From Octopus bimaculoides (lineage: Eukaryota), in NCBI RefSeq assembly GCF_001194135.2, contig NC_068983.1, forward strand, positions 98,521,368-98,585,367: a DNA stretch of 64,000 nucleotides. The letters run 5' to 3'. Positions 25,702 to 36,625 of the stretch are shown piece after piece. Under the pieces are notes generated by a model. That model was not told where the DNA came from and did no database searches. It worked only from the letters and a program-made list of their open reading frames with translations. The first letter of the stretch is position 1. The number at the start of each line of letters is the position of its first letter. The position numbers and the translations under genes are program-made.

Positions 25702-27130
25702 TATACACACATATACAGACACATACAGCACTTCTAGAACTTTCTTTCACTGAGTTGGGTGGGTTTTCTTGAGAATCACATATCACCAGTCATCCTAGTC
25801 CCTTGACATCTGCATGAGGTTCAAGGTCCTGAGTTAGCCTTCACCACTTTGTCCCATGTCTTCCTGGGGTCCCTTCTTCCACAAGTGCCATCCACATTGA
25901 GTGGGCAACTCTTCTTTCTTCAGTTGTCTTCATCCATACACAAATCCATACCAGTGCAGCAGTTTTCTTTCTTGCATACTGCATCAGATTCCTCTTTTGC
26001 CCAGTTTTTCTCTCAATACATTTGTTCTATGTCAGTCATGCCCACTTTCAATACACAGCCAACAGAACATGCTCACTTCATTTGTTTCCTGTCTTCTCAA
26101 GTCCTCTGCATTCAAAGCCTATATCTCATTATCATGCAGCATTGCAATTCTAAAATCTATCTACAGTGTAACAAGGCTGACCCTTTGAATTACAGGCACA
26201 ACAGAAACAGGAAAAAAGAGCGAGAGAAAGTTGTAGTGAAAGAGTACAGCAGGGTTCGCCACCATCCCCTGCTGGAGCCTCATGGAGCTTTAGGTGTTCT
26301 CGCTCAATAAACATTCACAATGTCCGGTCTAGGAATCAAAACCGCAATCCTATGACCGCGAGTCCGCTGCCCTAACCACTGGGCCATTGCGCCTCCACTA
26401 TCATTCCACCACCACAATGCTTTCAGGCAGGCTGTGCTTTGCCTCAGCCTCATATATAATCTGTAGCTCTAAGTATGTTATTTTGCAGAAATTCTCACTT
26501 GTCATCTATGCAACTGATATCAAAATCTTTCTCTCTATAGTAATATGCTTCGATTAGAATTTCCCTAAAATCTATTCTCACTTGTGGGGTCTTTTAATTT
26601 CCATATCTTTCTTTTCCATATCACCCTTTGCTTTTGTGTCTGCCTAGTTCTGACTCTGAAGTCTCTCATCACTTATTTATATTACATAGTGCATTCTTTA
26701 CCAGGAAAAGTTTTGATGCTTACAATAGTCTTTCTGTACTGTTTCCTAGTGGGAATATAATCTTTCTGACTTGTGTGTTTGCCAAATTGGTAGGTGATAA
26801 GGTGATTGGATGGTTTCCTGGAGTGAATCTAGCAAATTGTTGGAACAGTTGCATCACAGCAGAATTCCAGAAGCCTTACATCCTCCCCATTTCTTGAATG
26901 ATATCCATATCCTCCATATACGTCACAGAAGGCATCAATGTGGTGGCCGATTTATCTGTTGAAGTTACTGACCATGATGATGAAGTCACTGTCAATCATC
27001 ATTGGGGTAGTTTGCAGTAGAGTCTCATAGCAGAGGTCCTTCTGTGTTTCTGTCTATTCTGCCTGTGAGGCATATTCAGAGATTAAGAAATTCCTGTTGA
27101 ATTGCCTATAACTTGACCTATCTTAATTAT
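24665..27130 (-). mobile_element. Internally deleted RTE-clade LINE: endonuclease remnant ~26640-27100, RT C-terminus ~25780-26145, long 3' region and tail to 24665; interrupted by a SINE
   Basis: Minus translation ...DFIIMVSNFN..IG..DAFCDVYGGYGYHSRNGEDVRLLEFC...NHLITYQ...SQKDYI resembles an RTE APE domain; the C-terminal GRGRPRKTWD-type motif lies at ~25855-25885. Confidence 0.75.
26165..26398 (-). mobile_element. tRNA-head SINE family C
   Basis: Reverse complement of GTGGAGGCGCAATGGCCCAGTGGTTAGGGCAGCGGACTCGCGGTC; same family as 51384, 52889 and 60093. Confidence 0.9.
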
Positions 27131-27353
27131 TCAATTGCACACCCTAACTAAATTACTTTATCTATTCATTTCTCAGCTAGCAGTTTGCCTACTCTACTCC
27201 TACTGTTACTATTACTCACCCAGAAGAATTTGTATTATTATCTCTTTTCTGTAAGAAGTTTTGGCTGAGGTTCCTTTCCATCTTATCTCTTGCACATAAC
27301 ACACAACCACTCATTTCCATCATTTCTACAATCTCACCAGATTTACCTCTCAC

Positions 27354-27469
27354 CATATTTTTCTGTATGGTTGTAGCCCACAAGTTTTAGAACCTACAGG
27401 AAGAAGGGTTATATCTTTGGTGGGAAGGCTGTTTGGTTGCTGGTCCATTACTGCTTGATGATATCTGCA
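27354..27469 (-). CDS. Candidate exon of an unknown gene (CRYHQAVMDQQPNSLPTKDITLLPVGSKTCGLQPYRKI)
   Basis: Acceptor gtggtttttcttattcctcacag, donor ATATG|gtgaga, only one open frame; phase-2 end is compatible with the 8311-8428 candidate. Confidence 0.3.
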
Positions 27470-27719
27470 CTGTGAGGAATAAGAAAAACCACGCTGTGAT
27501 TTGTCAACAGGTGATAGTTTTGCGCACATTATTATGTTTGTCCCCTCTTTTACTTTGACATCGTTCATTCATTCTTCAATACTTGCTGTATCTTTTATAA
27601 AAGGGTGCCATTTACAACTATTATCAATAAATAGTAAGTATCCCTGACGTCATTAGCATTACTGATGTTATGGGTGTTTACTATGATTTTTTTATTACTG
27701 CAGTTGGCAGAATGTTGAT

Positions 27720-27900
27720 AAGGAAGGGGTGTTGAGAAGGAAGGGGTGTTGAGAAGGAAGGGGTGTTGAGAAGGAAGGGGTGTTGAGAAGGAAGGGGTGT
27801 TGAGAAGGAAGGGGTGTTGAGAAGGAAGGGGTGTTGAGAAGGAAGGGGTGTTGAGAAGGAAGGGGTGTTGAGAAGGAAGGGGTGTTGAGAAGGAAGGGGT
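27720..27900. repeat. 17-bp G-rich minisatellite (AAGGAAGGGGTGTTGAG) x~10
   Basis: Exact tandem copies with no spacers. Confidence 0.95.
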
Positions 27901-29574
27901 GGAGGATCTGTATCTGGTACATGAAGTTTATGATCTATGCATAGATCATAAAGGGGTGTCTATCAGGCCTTTTTACTTCTCAGGGAAGAAAAGTAAGAAT
28001 GAAAGATTTCTGATGTAGGTGGTGAGATTGGGATTAGATGGCTGCATCACAAGTGAGTGGGCCCTAAACTTCCATGACAGAAAAAGGATATTAAAGAAAA
28101 TAGGAACATATTGATTAAAGTGGGGGCTAAAAGGGCAACTTAAACATTAGAATGTAAAGTAGTCAATGAATGTGACAAAAATTAAAGATAGTTTAGAACT
28201 TGGTATTACTGGTTACTTGATGAGAGTTATGTATGTATGTTGGTTAAGAATTTGATTAACTACATCTTTGTGTGGGGAGAGATGAGAATTGAGAAATGTC
28301 CTGTGTTCATGCTTGGAGAAGTGCATTGTAGACAAAGTGATTCTTTTTAACTCGAGGTTGAGATGCAACCAAGAATTCTGTTTGTCCATCTTCACTGGGA
28401 CCTCTCAACCTCTGCTACATGTGTTGTGCAGGTTGTACATATCCTGTCCCTCTCCCTACAAGATCTTGGCACAAATCTCAGTTTGTAACCATCAACTGTA
28501 TGATTGCAGCTGAAATACTATTAGTCAGAATCCAGAGCAAGTCATCTGATATACTGTGGCCTATTTCTCATTACTGAACTAATGCGGTTTCAAATCTAAG
28601 CCTGACTACAATAGGAAAACAAGAAATTTGATGCTTATCTTTGCATGCTTTTATTTCTTATGGCTGTCTGATAGGAGTGGAATGGTGAAAGTGATAAAAT
28701 TCATAGAACATGTATTATAAGGAGTAGGAAAGAGAGAGAGAGACAAAAAAATTAAATGTATATAGATTTACATATCATATGCATGTATGTGTGTGTGTAT
28801 GTGCATGTGTAAATGTGTGTTACATAGAAAATGAAGGCTCCTGGTTGTTTAATATGCTAGTGTGAATAACAATTATTGTATTTGTGATGTACTTGTTTGA
28901 CCAGTAGCTTGATCTGACTAGGTGTATTGAAATACATCATAGAAGAGATGTGATAGCCATTTAAAAATGTATTGTTATATTCACGATGTACTGTTATATT
29001 GTTATATTCATCATTATCTTCACTTGTGTTTGTTTTTTTCTTTTTTTTTCTATTATATTATATACTATTAAGTGTAAAAAGAAAAAAAAAATGGAGATGA
29101 AAGTGTCAGTGACAAGGTTATAGAAATACAGCAAAATCTTTTGACCCATTATTATTAAGCAAGCAATGAAGGCAGTGAACTGGCAGAATCATTAGCACAC
29201 TGGGCAAAATGCTTAGCAGCATTTCGTCTATCTGCATGCTCTGAGTTCAAATTTTGCCAAAGTCAACTTTGCTTTTCCTCCTTTCAAGGTCGACAAATTA
29301 AGTACCAGTGAAACACTGGGGTAATGTAATCAATTAGTCTTCTTACCACAAATTTCAGGCCTTGTGTCTTTAGTAGAAAGGATTATTATTATTATTATTA
29401 TTATTATAAATATATGCGTATATCCATACATATATGTACATACCTACATCTATATGTATACATATATGCATATATGGGTACAGGACATAAAAAAAACGTT
29501 AAAAACAATGAGAAACGAAAACATAGAAAACAAACTTTTTTTGAACAACAAAAAAACAAACAGAAATGAGACAT

Positions 29575-29910
29575 CCAGGCAGTTGAGGGCATATCTGGGA
29601 GGGCCACTATGAAAAGCAGTGGTCCCAAGACAGTGCCCTGTGTAACACCGTTCACTATTTGTGTTTTCATTGAGGTGGCTCCATTGGCCACTACTGCCTG
29701 ACTTCTATCTTTCAGAAAGTCATGTAACCACACTCCAAGTTTTCCAGCTATGCCGAGATCATGCAGTTTGTGGCATATCATACCATGATTCACTGTATCA
29801 AAAGCTTTTGGAAAATCAAGGTTGATTTGAGTTGTTATTTTCTTCAAGGAATGCGATTACTTTCCCTCTGACTATCCGTTCCATGACTTTGCTGAGAGAT
29901 TGGCCTTATA
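29575..29910 (-). mobile_element. CR1/L2-like LINE reverse transcriptase fragment
   Basis: RPIS...KVMERIV; LDFPKAFDTVNHG...WLHDFLKDRSQAV...GVTQGTVLGPLLFIV (RT motifs). Confidence 0.9.
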
Positions 29911-30087
29911 TNNNNNNNNNNNNNNNNNNNNNNNNNNNNNNNNNNNNNNNNNNNNNNNNNNNNNNNNNNNNNNNNNNNNNNNNNNNNNNNNNNNNNNNNN
30001 NNNNNNNNNNNNNNNNNNNNNNNNNNNNNNNNNNNNNNNNNNNNNNNNNNNNNNNNNNNNNNTATATATGCATATATATAGATATAT

Positions 30088-31350
30088 ATCATCATCATTT
30101 AACGTCCGCTTTCCATGTTAGCATGGGTTGGACGATTTGACTGGAGACTGGCGAACCAGATGGCTACACCCGATTCCAATCTAATCTGGCAGAGTTTCTA
30201 CAGCTGGATGCCCTTCCTAACGCCAACCACTCTTTTACATGCCACCGGCACGAGGGCCAGTCCAGCGGTACTGGCAACGGCCACACTCAAATGGTGTTTT
30301 TTACGTACCACCTGCACAGGAGTCAGTCCAATGTTTTGTTCACATGTCACTGGCACAAGTGCCAGTAAGGCAAAGCTGGAAACAATCGTGTTCAAATGGT
30401 GCTTTTTATGTGCCACTAGCACGGGAGCGAGACCACTGCTCTGGCAGTGATTCCGCTCGGATGGTGCTGTTAGCGCTCTACTGGCACAGGTGCCAGTCAT
30501 CAAATTTGGTTCAGTTTCGATCTCACTTGCCCCAATAGGTCTTCACAAGCTGAGTTTAATGTCCAATGAAGGAAGGTTGGCATGGGTGCCAGTCATCGAA
30601 TTTGTTTCAATTTCGATATTTATATATTGATATATAAAGATATCATCATCATCATAATCGTTTAACGTCCGCTTTCCATCCTAGCATGGGTTGGACGATT
30701 TGACTGAGGACTGGTGAAACCAGATGGCTACACCAGGTTCCAATCTGATTTGGCAGAGTTTCTACAGCTGGATGCCCTTCCTAACGCCAACCACACAGAG
30801 AGTGTAGTGGGTGTTTTTTACGTGCCACCGGCATGAAGGCTAGTCAGGCGGTACTGGCAACGGCCACGCTCAAAATGGTGTATTTTATGTGCCACCCGCA
30901 CAAGAGCCAGTCCAGGGGCACTGGCAACGATCTCGCTCGAAAGTCCTTGCAGATGCCACGAGCACAAGTGCCAGAAAGGCGATGCTAGGCACAGGTGCCA
31001 TCACAATTTCACTTTTGCTTGCCCCAATAAGTCCTCGCAAGCTAAGTTTCCTGTCCAATGAGGGAGACGATGTTAGCATGGTTGCCAGACGTCAAATTTA
31101 ACTCGATTTCGATTTCACTTGCCTCAACAGGTCTTCGCAAGTGGAGTTTAGTGTCCAATGAAGGAAGGAAGGTACGCATAAGTGGACTGGCTGAGGCCTT
31201 AGATTTAGATCTCACTTGGCTTGCTGGGTCTTCTCACGCACAGCATATTTCCAATTGGCAGAGTTTCTACAGCTGGATGCCCTCCCTAACGCCGACCACT
31301 CAGAGAGTGTAGTGGGTGCTTTTACGCGCCACCGGCACGAAGGCCAGTAT
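30088..31350 (-). mobile_element. Cluster of RTE-type 3' tail repeats with internal sub-repeats
   Basis: GGCAGAGTTTCTACAGCTGGATGCCC occurs three times (~30190, 30753, 31258); (CAT)n ends at 30088 and 30645. Confidence 0.85.
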
Positions 31351-31449
31351 ATATATATATATATACTGAGGGTGATAAATTGAATATTAATTTAATTAAC
31401 ATCAATTTAAAACCAGTGGCCTAGCATATAAAAAAATCTGAAAATTCAG

Positions 31450-31940
31450 AAAAATTGTATTACATGCATATAAGAAGGAAGGGATGACCACTAAGTGGAC
31501 ATCTGATATCCTAGAAAATGATCATCTACAATCTAACCACAAAGAAAAGAATGTTCTCCAGAAAAATTCAGCAAACACCAGAACATAAGAGGGCAAGACA
31601 AATGAAAATATACAAAATAAAGAATTAATCGTATACCGGGTTTCGCCATCAACTCTTTTACTTACGTAAAAAACGTCCGTGGCTTGTCAGTACAACCGTT
31701 CTAATTCAATATAATTTGCCAAACTATACACAAATTGTCTCCATAAAGTTTGATGTGCGTACAGTTCTACCGATTATATTGGGATTATTTTCAAATGTCT
31801 CAGCTCTGGTGTGCTAATCCCTGAATTTTTTCTGGAGAACATTCTTTTCTTTGTGGTTAGATCGTAGATTATCTTTTTCTAGCATGTCAGATGCCTTCTT
31901 AGTGGTCATCCCTTCCTATACGCATGTAATACAATTTTTT
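31450..31940. repeat. Inverted repeat (~135-bp arms) flanking a spacer with a hammerhead-like motif
   Basis: Arms 31450-31585 and 31800-31940. Minus strand 31627-31697: GGTTGTA-CTGACAA-GCCA...TGGC-GAAAC-CCG-GTA-TACGATT. Confidence 0.8.
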
Positions 31941-32322
31941 TTAAGGGCCGCCTAATTGGGGCTCCACTGATCCCTCTATTTTTACTGCATTTTTAAGCTA
32001 AATACATGGCATTGGCAACCGAAATAGAGCAATGACAATGAATTTCATACCATGAATTCTGAGGGAGCATTGTAAGGACGTTCAAACTCTGAAGGGCTAC
32101 TTAAATGGGATGCCACTGACCCCACTATTTTTACTGCATTTACTTTGCTCCTATACTCATTGATTAAACTACAATCAGCATTAGTGCTTAGCAAATTTGC
32201 AGAAATAAGTTTCACCACACAAGGGTCGAGTGCTGCAATACGGCCAGATAGTGGGACTGAAGGCCTCAAAGCTTCTCTTTGGACAGAAAATGAATGCTGC
32301 CCGAAGGGCAGCTTCAAGGCTA

Positions 32323-32359
<37 letters not shown>

Positions 32360-32370
<11 letters not shown>

Positions 32371-32505
32371 GACAAGCATCTTTCAGTTTCCAACAACCAA
32401 ATCCACTCACAAGACATTGTTTGGCCCAAGGCTGCCCAAGGTGCCATGCATTGGGACTGAAGTTGTAACCATGTAGTTAGGAAGCAAGTGTCTTACCACA
32501 CAGTT
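32360..32505 (-). mobile_element. SINE family A head
   Basis: Homology. Confidence 0.8.
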
Positions 32506-35500
32506 GACTCTATATATGTAGAACATGTATAAATGTATGGACAACCTTTTTACTAGAAGCAGGCTTCATGAGAGAGATCTGACACATCATGAGATGGGCT
32601 GCACTGCTACAAAAATTCGAGGTCATTTTTCGTTGGTATGCCATTCAGAAAGAACCATAAGTCGCAGTCTGACCATGACTGACACAGAATGATAAAGTTC
32701 ATTATGGCATGCTTGGCAGAGAATAATAATGTTTGATAGTGTTCTTCTGGAAAGCTATTTCAGTAGAGTATATGTTTTCCCTTTGTGTCTCATCCCCATG
32801 CTGCACCGCCTCACACCTAAAGAATGTATGGGCACATCAGACTGAGAATCTTTTATGGCAATTGAACTTAAACGAACTGTTCAATGATCTCTCCTTCCTT
32901 CCTATCTATCTATCTATCTATCTATCTATTTATCAATCTCTGTTTATCTTTCTATCAATCTGTCTATCAATTTGTCTATCTATCTATCTATCTATCTATC
33001 GATCGATCGATCGATTGATCAATCGAGCGGTCTATTACTACAGTCACCACATGACATCTGTTGGAACCATTGTTATCTACAATGTAGAGATGAGACAGAG
33101 CAGTGGGCTGGTAGGGGTTACATAGAACAAGATGAAAGAACGATGAAAGATAACGAGAATGGTGGGAAATGAGAGAGAAAGCATAAAACGAAAAGGAATA
33201 TGATAAAATGTAGGGATTTGTGGAGTAAATAAATAGTAAAGAGAAAATGAGGAAAAGAAGAAAGGGAAAATTAGTGATATCAAAGGAAAAAGTGGAACGG
33301 TGAGGAAGGGAATGGAAAGGTAAAGGTAGAGAGAGACAGAATTAAATGCGGGGAACGAAATGGCATAGGGAGAAAGAAAATGTAAGGGGAGAAGAATGAG
33401 GAAAAACGTGCGAGAAAGTGGGAGAGGGTGAAAGTGAAGAAGAATAAGAAGGCAAAGGAGGAAGAATGACAGAGAGAAATAGAGAAGGCGGGGAAAGAAT
33501 TTTAAAAAAGGGAAGAGGGGACCCAGGCTGGAATAACGAATGGAGAAAGGAGCCAGTAAGAATGAGAGGAATAATGAATAAAGAATGTGTGATGTTTTAA
33601 TGATAAAAAATACACACATCTTGTAGAAACATCCACCTCATTCGCCTACAAATCTTCATACCATCTCCTCTTCCACCTCTTTTCACATCTTACAAATTCC
33701 CTTGTTTCTCCTCTTCCGTTGCTGCCTCACATCTTATATTGAGTTGAATCATGTGTAGAAGCTATCTCACTTCCATTCACATTCTACACTGCTCTCTCTC
33801 TCTGTTACACGAACACGTATACATAACTATATAGCTTACATGTTTACGAACGCTTACACACACATATAAACCCACGTACATGTATTCCCGTTGAAAAATA
33901 ACATAGTCGGCCCATGTAATAATGTTGCATACAGAACTCACTCTACAGCGCACGTTCATAACACATGCAGCACTGAGCATCTACACTAACTCAGACACAC
34001 TGCCTCACTCGCACACGCATTTAAGCAGGCAGGGCGTGCTATTTGATGTAATGTTACGTTTTAGCATTCCTTCGTGAGGAAATATTAACTTAGGTATTTT
34101 CATGGGGCCGACATGTAATAGTAGGTGTGATAGTTGATGGATAATTGGTGGCAGGTGGGTAGTAACTAGTTCGAGATGCGAAACTGGCTAGAAGGAAATC
34201 TGCTGCTGATAGGTATTAACTGGCTGAAAGTGGGGGTAATGATGAGGTTTTATAACTAGCTGGAGATAGATAGAGGATTTATAACTAGGAGATAGAGAGC
34301 TGGAAGATGGTGGGGAAACTGATGGAAGATAAGCAACCGATAGAAGGTGGATAGATGGCAACAATGTGGTGGGCAGAGGGTAAGCTGCAGATTTGTAGCT
34401 CATTTTGAGTCATTCAAAGAATTTTATTTTTCATATATGTAGGTCATTTCCTTATACAGATTTGTGACGCACACTCACTACTTTATGACATTTAAAGTTA
34501 CACCCCGAGTTTCTATGACATTTGTTGTTACACTCACGAGTTATTTTTCTTCTTTCATTTATTTATTGTAGCTTACTCAGAGGAAGAAAAGCTGCCGCTA
34601 TGTCACCCCTACTTCTTTTACAGACGGCATTCGATGTTATCTTCAAACCAGAAACCTAAGCAAAATGCTTACAACATATTATACACTCTGCTAAAAGCAC
34701 TCAAAGACCAGGTGCTATTTAAAGCTACACTCAATTTTATGACCTAGCTGCACTCATGATTTTATAACATTTACTGTCACACTAGCTATTTTATGACATT
34801 TACGGGATTATAATATTTACAGCAACACCCACGATTTTTATGGGATTTACAGCTCCACTCCATTTTTATAAGAGTTACAGATACAATATTTACTGCTACA
34901 CTCACGTGTTTAATGATACAGCTATACTCTCAATTTTACGAAACTTTTATGAAAAGGCTATTGTAATAGTGGTAGAAGAAAGAGCCTAATTGTAGGACAG
35001 TAAATTTAGCTTTGTTGCTGAATGAATCTTTGCCAATCAGGTATATGGTATTTTCTGTGTGTGTAGCAATAGCACTCACCCTGATGTGTAAATAATATTG
35101 TGTAAGTTGCACTTGTAACTTCAACAGGATCAACAGCTGTTCACGGTTAAATTTACTATCGCAAAAAGAACTAGGTTTTAGATACAGTTTAGGCAAGATA
35201 TGTGTGCGTGTTGTATATGTGTATGTGTGAATATATATATACAAATATATATAAACAGACACACGTAATATACATATGTATGTATGAGAGTATTTGTGTT
35301 GATTCTAAGGCCTAGCTAGCATGTCTAGTAGCTTTGAAGATTTTGCTTTCATGTTATTCTAGAGCAATGCTTCTCAAAGTGGGTAGTAGCGACCCCTATG
35401 GGGTTTTGGAAAATTTCATGTGGGTACGCGGGGAAGGGGGGAAGTAAGAGTACGATCGGTGCATCTTTTCATTGCTCTAATTTTCACAAATATTTTCAAC

Positions 35501-35559
35501 TTGGTAATAAAAACTAAGGGGTAGATAAGTCAACTCCTTACACAACACATACGCCTGCA

Positions 35560-35790
35560 AAATATAACTTCTCTCAAAAAATGAACGGTAACGAACAGAC
35601 TTTCTCTTTTTACAACGCTTGCAATGCCATAATTTTCCATCAGTAACGTCACCACGTGTAGTAAGGCCACACGGTGAATTACAATTTTCATAGGTGTACA
35701 TGTTCATAATTAGTCGATGCCGTGCCAACCACTGAAGAATGTTGTCTCCAGCTTTTCCTAATTGAATGATAGTCCACGATTCCTTTAAGA
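35560..35790 (-). mobile_element. Merlin/IS1595-like transposase N-terminal zinc-ribbon fragment
   Basis: ILQWLARHRLI...CNSPCGLTTRGDVTDGKLWHCKRCKKRKSVRYRSFFERS resembles the Merlin N-terminus (DG..W.C..C...S.R..SFF). The DDE domain is absent. Confidence 0.55.
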
Positions 35791-35914
35791 TTGGTTCATC
35801 CCTTTGCTTCTTTTACTACTTATCTCCCCTTTAATTTTATTTACTTTTTCAATCTACACAAACTGAACAATTTTTTAAAATGTTGCCTTGACATCCCGTA
35901 TTATTTTGTTTTCA

Positions 35915-36120
35915 AATTTTGGCACAAGACCAGCAATTTCGTGTAGGGGGTAAGACGATTGTGTCGACTCCAGTACTCAACTGGTACTTATTTTATCGAC
36001 CTCGAAAGGACAAAAGACAAAGTCGATCTTGGCAGAATTTGAATTTAGAACTTGAGGACGGACGAAATGTCGCTTAGCATTTCGCCCGGTGTGCTAACGA
36101 TTCTGCCAGCTTGCTGCCTT
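35915..36120 (-). mobile_element. SINE family B
   Basis: Homology. Confidence 0.85.
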
Positions 36121-36188
36121 ACATCCCATATTATATTGATGAATTGATTTACGTGCAAATAGTCTTTTAAAGGCAATCAACATGTCAG

Positions 36189-36220
<32 letters not shown>

Positions 36221-36329
36221 AGTTTCATTAATTTTTTGACTAGTAGTGAGGGACATTGGCCAAAAAAATCAACACCCCCACCTCTACGATTCAATAAATT
36301 TAATATTAGCAAAACGGAATATTCTAGAG

Positions 36330-36625
36330 CAGGCAAGTTAAACTCGCGGCCCTTTTCAAACACAAGTGTGACCCACGAGTGGCGTAGCTAAAAGTTTAAA
36401 GATGGGGACCCCCACCTCAATTTTTCAATAATCAAAATAATAATTTAATCAATAAAATTAGGTTTATTCATGAGCAAATAAAAGGTTTTAAAAGATTTTT
36501 ACTTACTAAAGAATTGATATGACAGAAATCTTTGTTGCAAATGTGTTTTTAGAAATATGTGGCCTCCATAGCAACATGTATGTGAGCAATGTGGCCCATA
36601 GAAACTCTGTAGTTTGACATACCTG
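36330..36625. mobile_element. hAT (Charlie-like) MITE
   Basis: Ends CAGGCAAGTTAAACT / AGTTTGACATACCTG; 8-bp flanks TTCTAGAG / TCCTAGGG (6/8 identical, CTAG core). Confidence 0.7.

Noticed and set aside
27720-27900. CRISPR-like array
   Set aside because: Repeats are contiguous with no unique spacers, no cas genes are present, and the context is eukaryotic.
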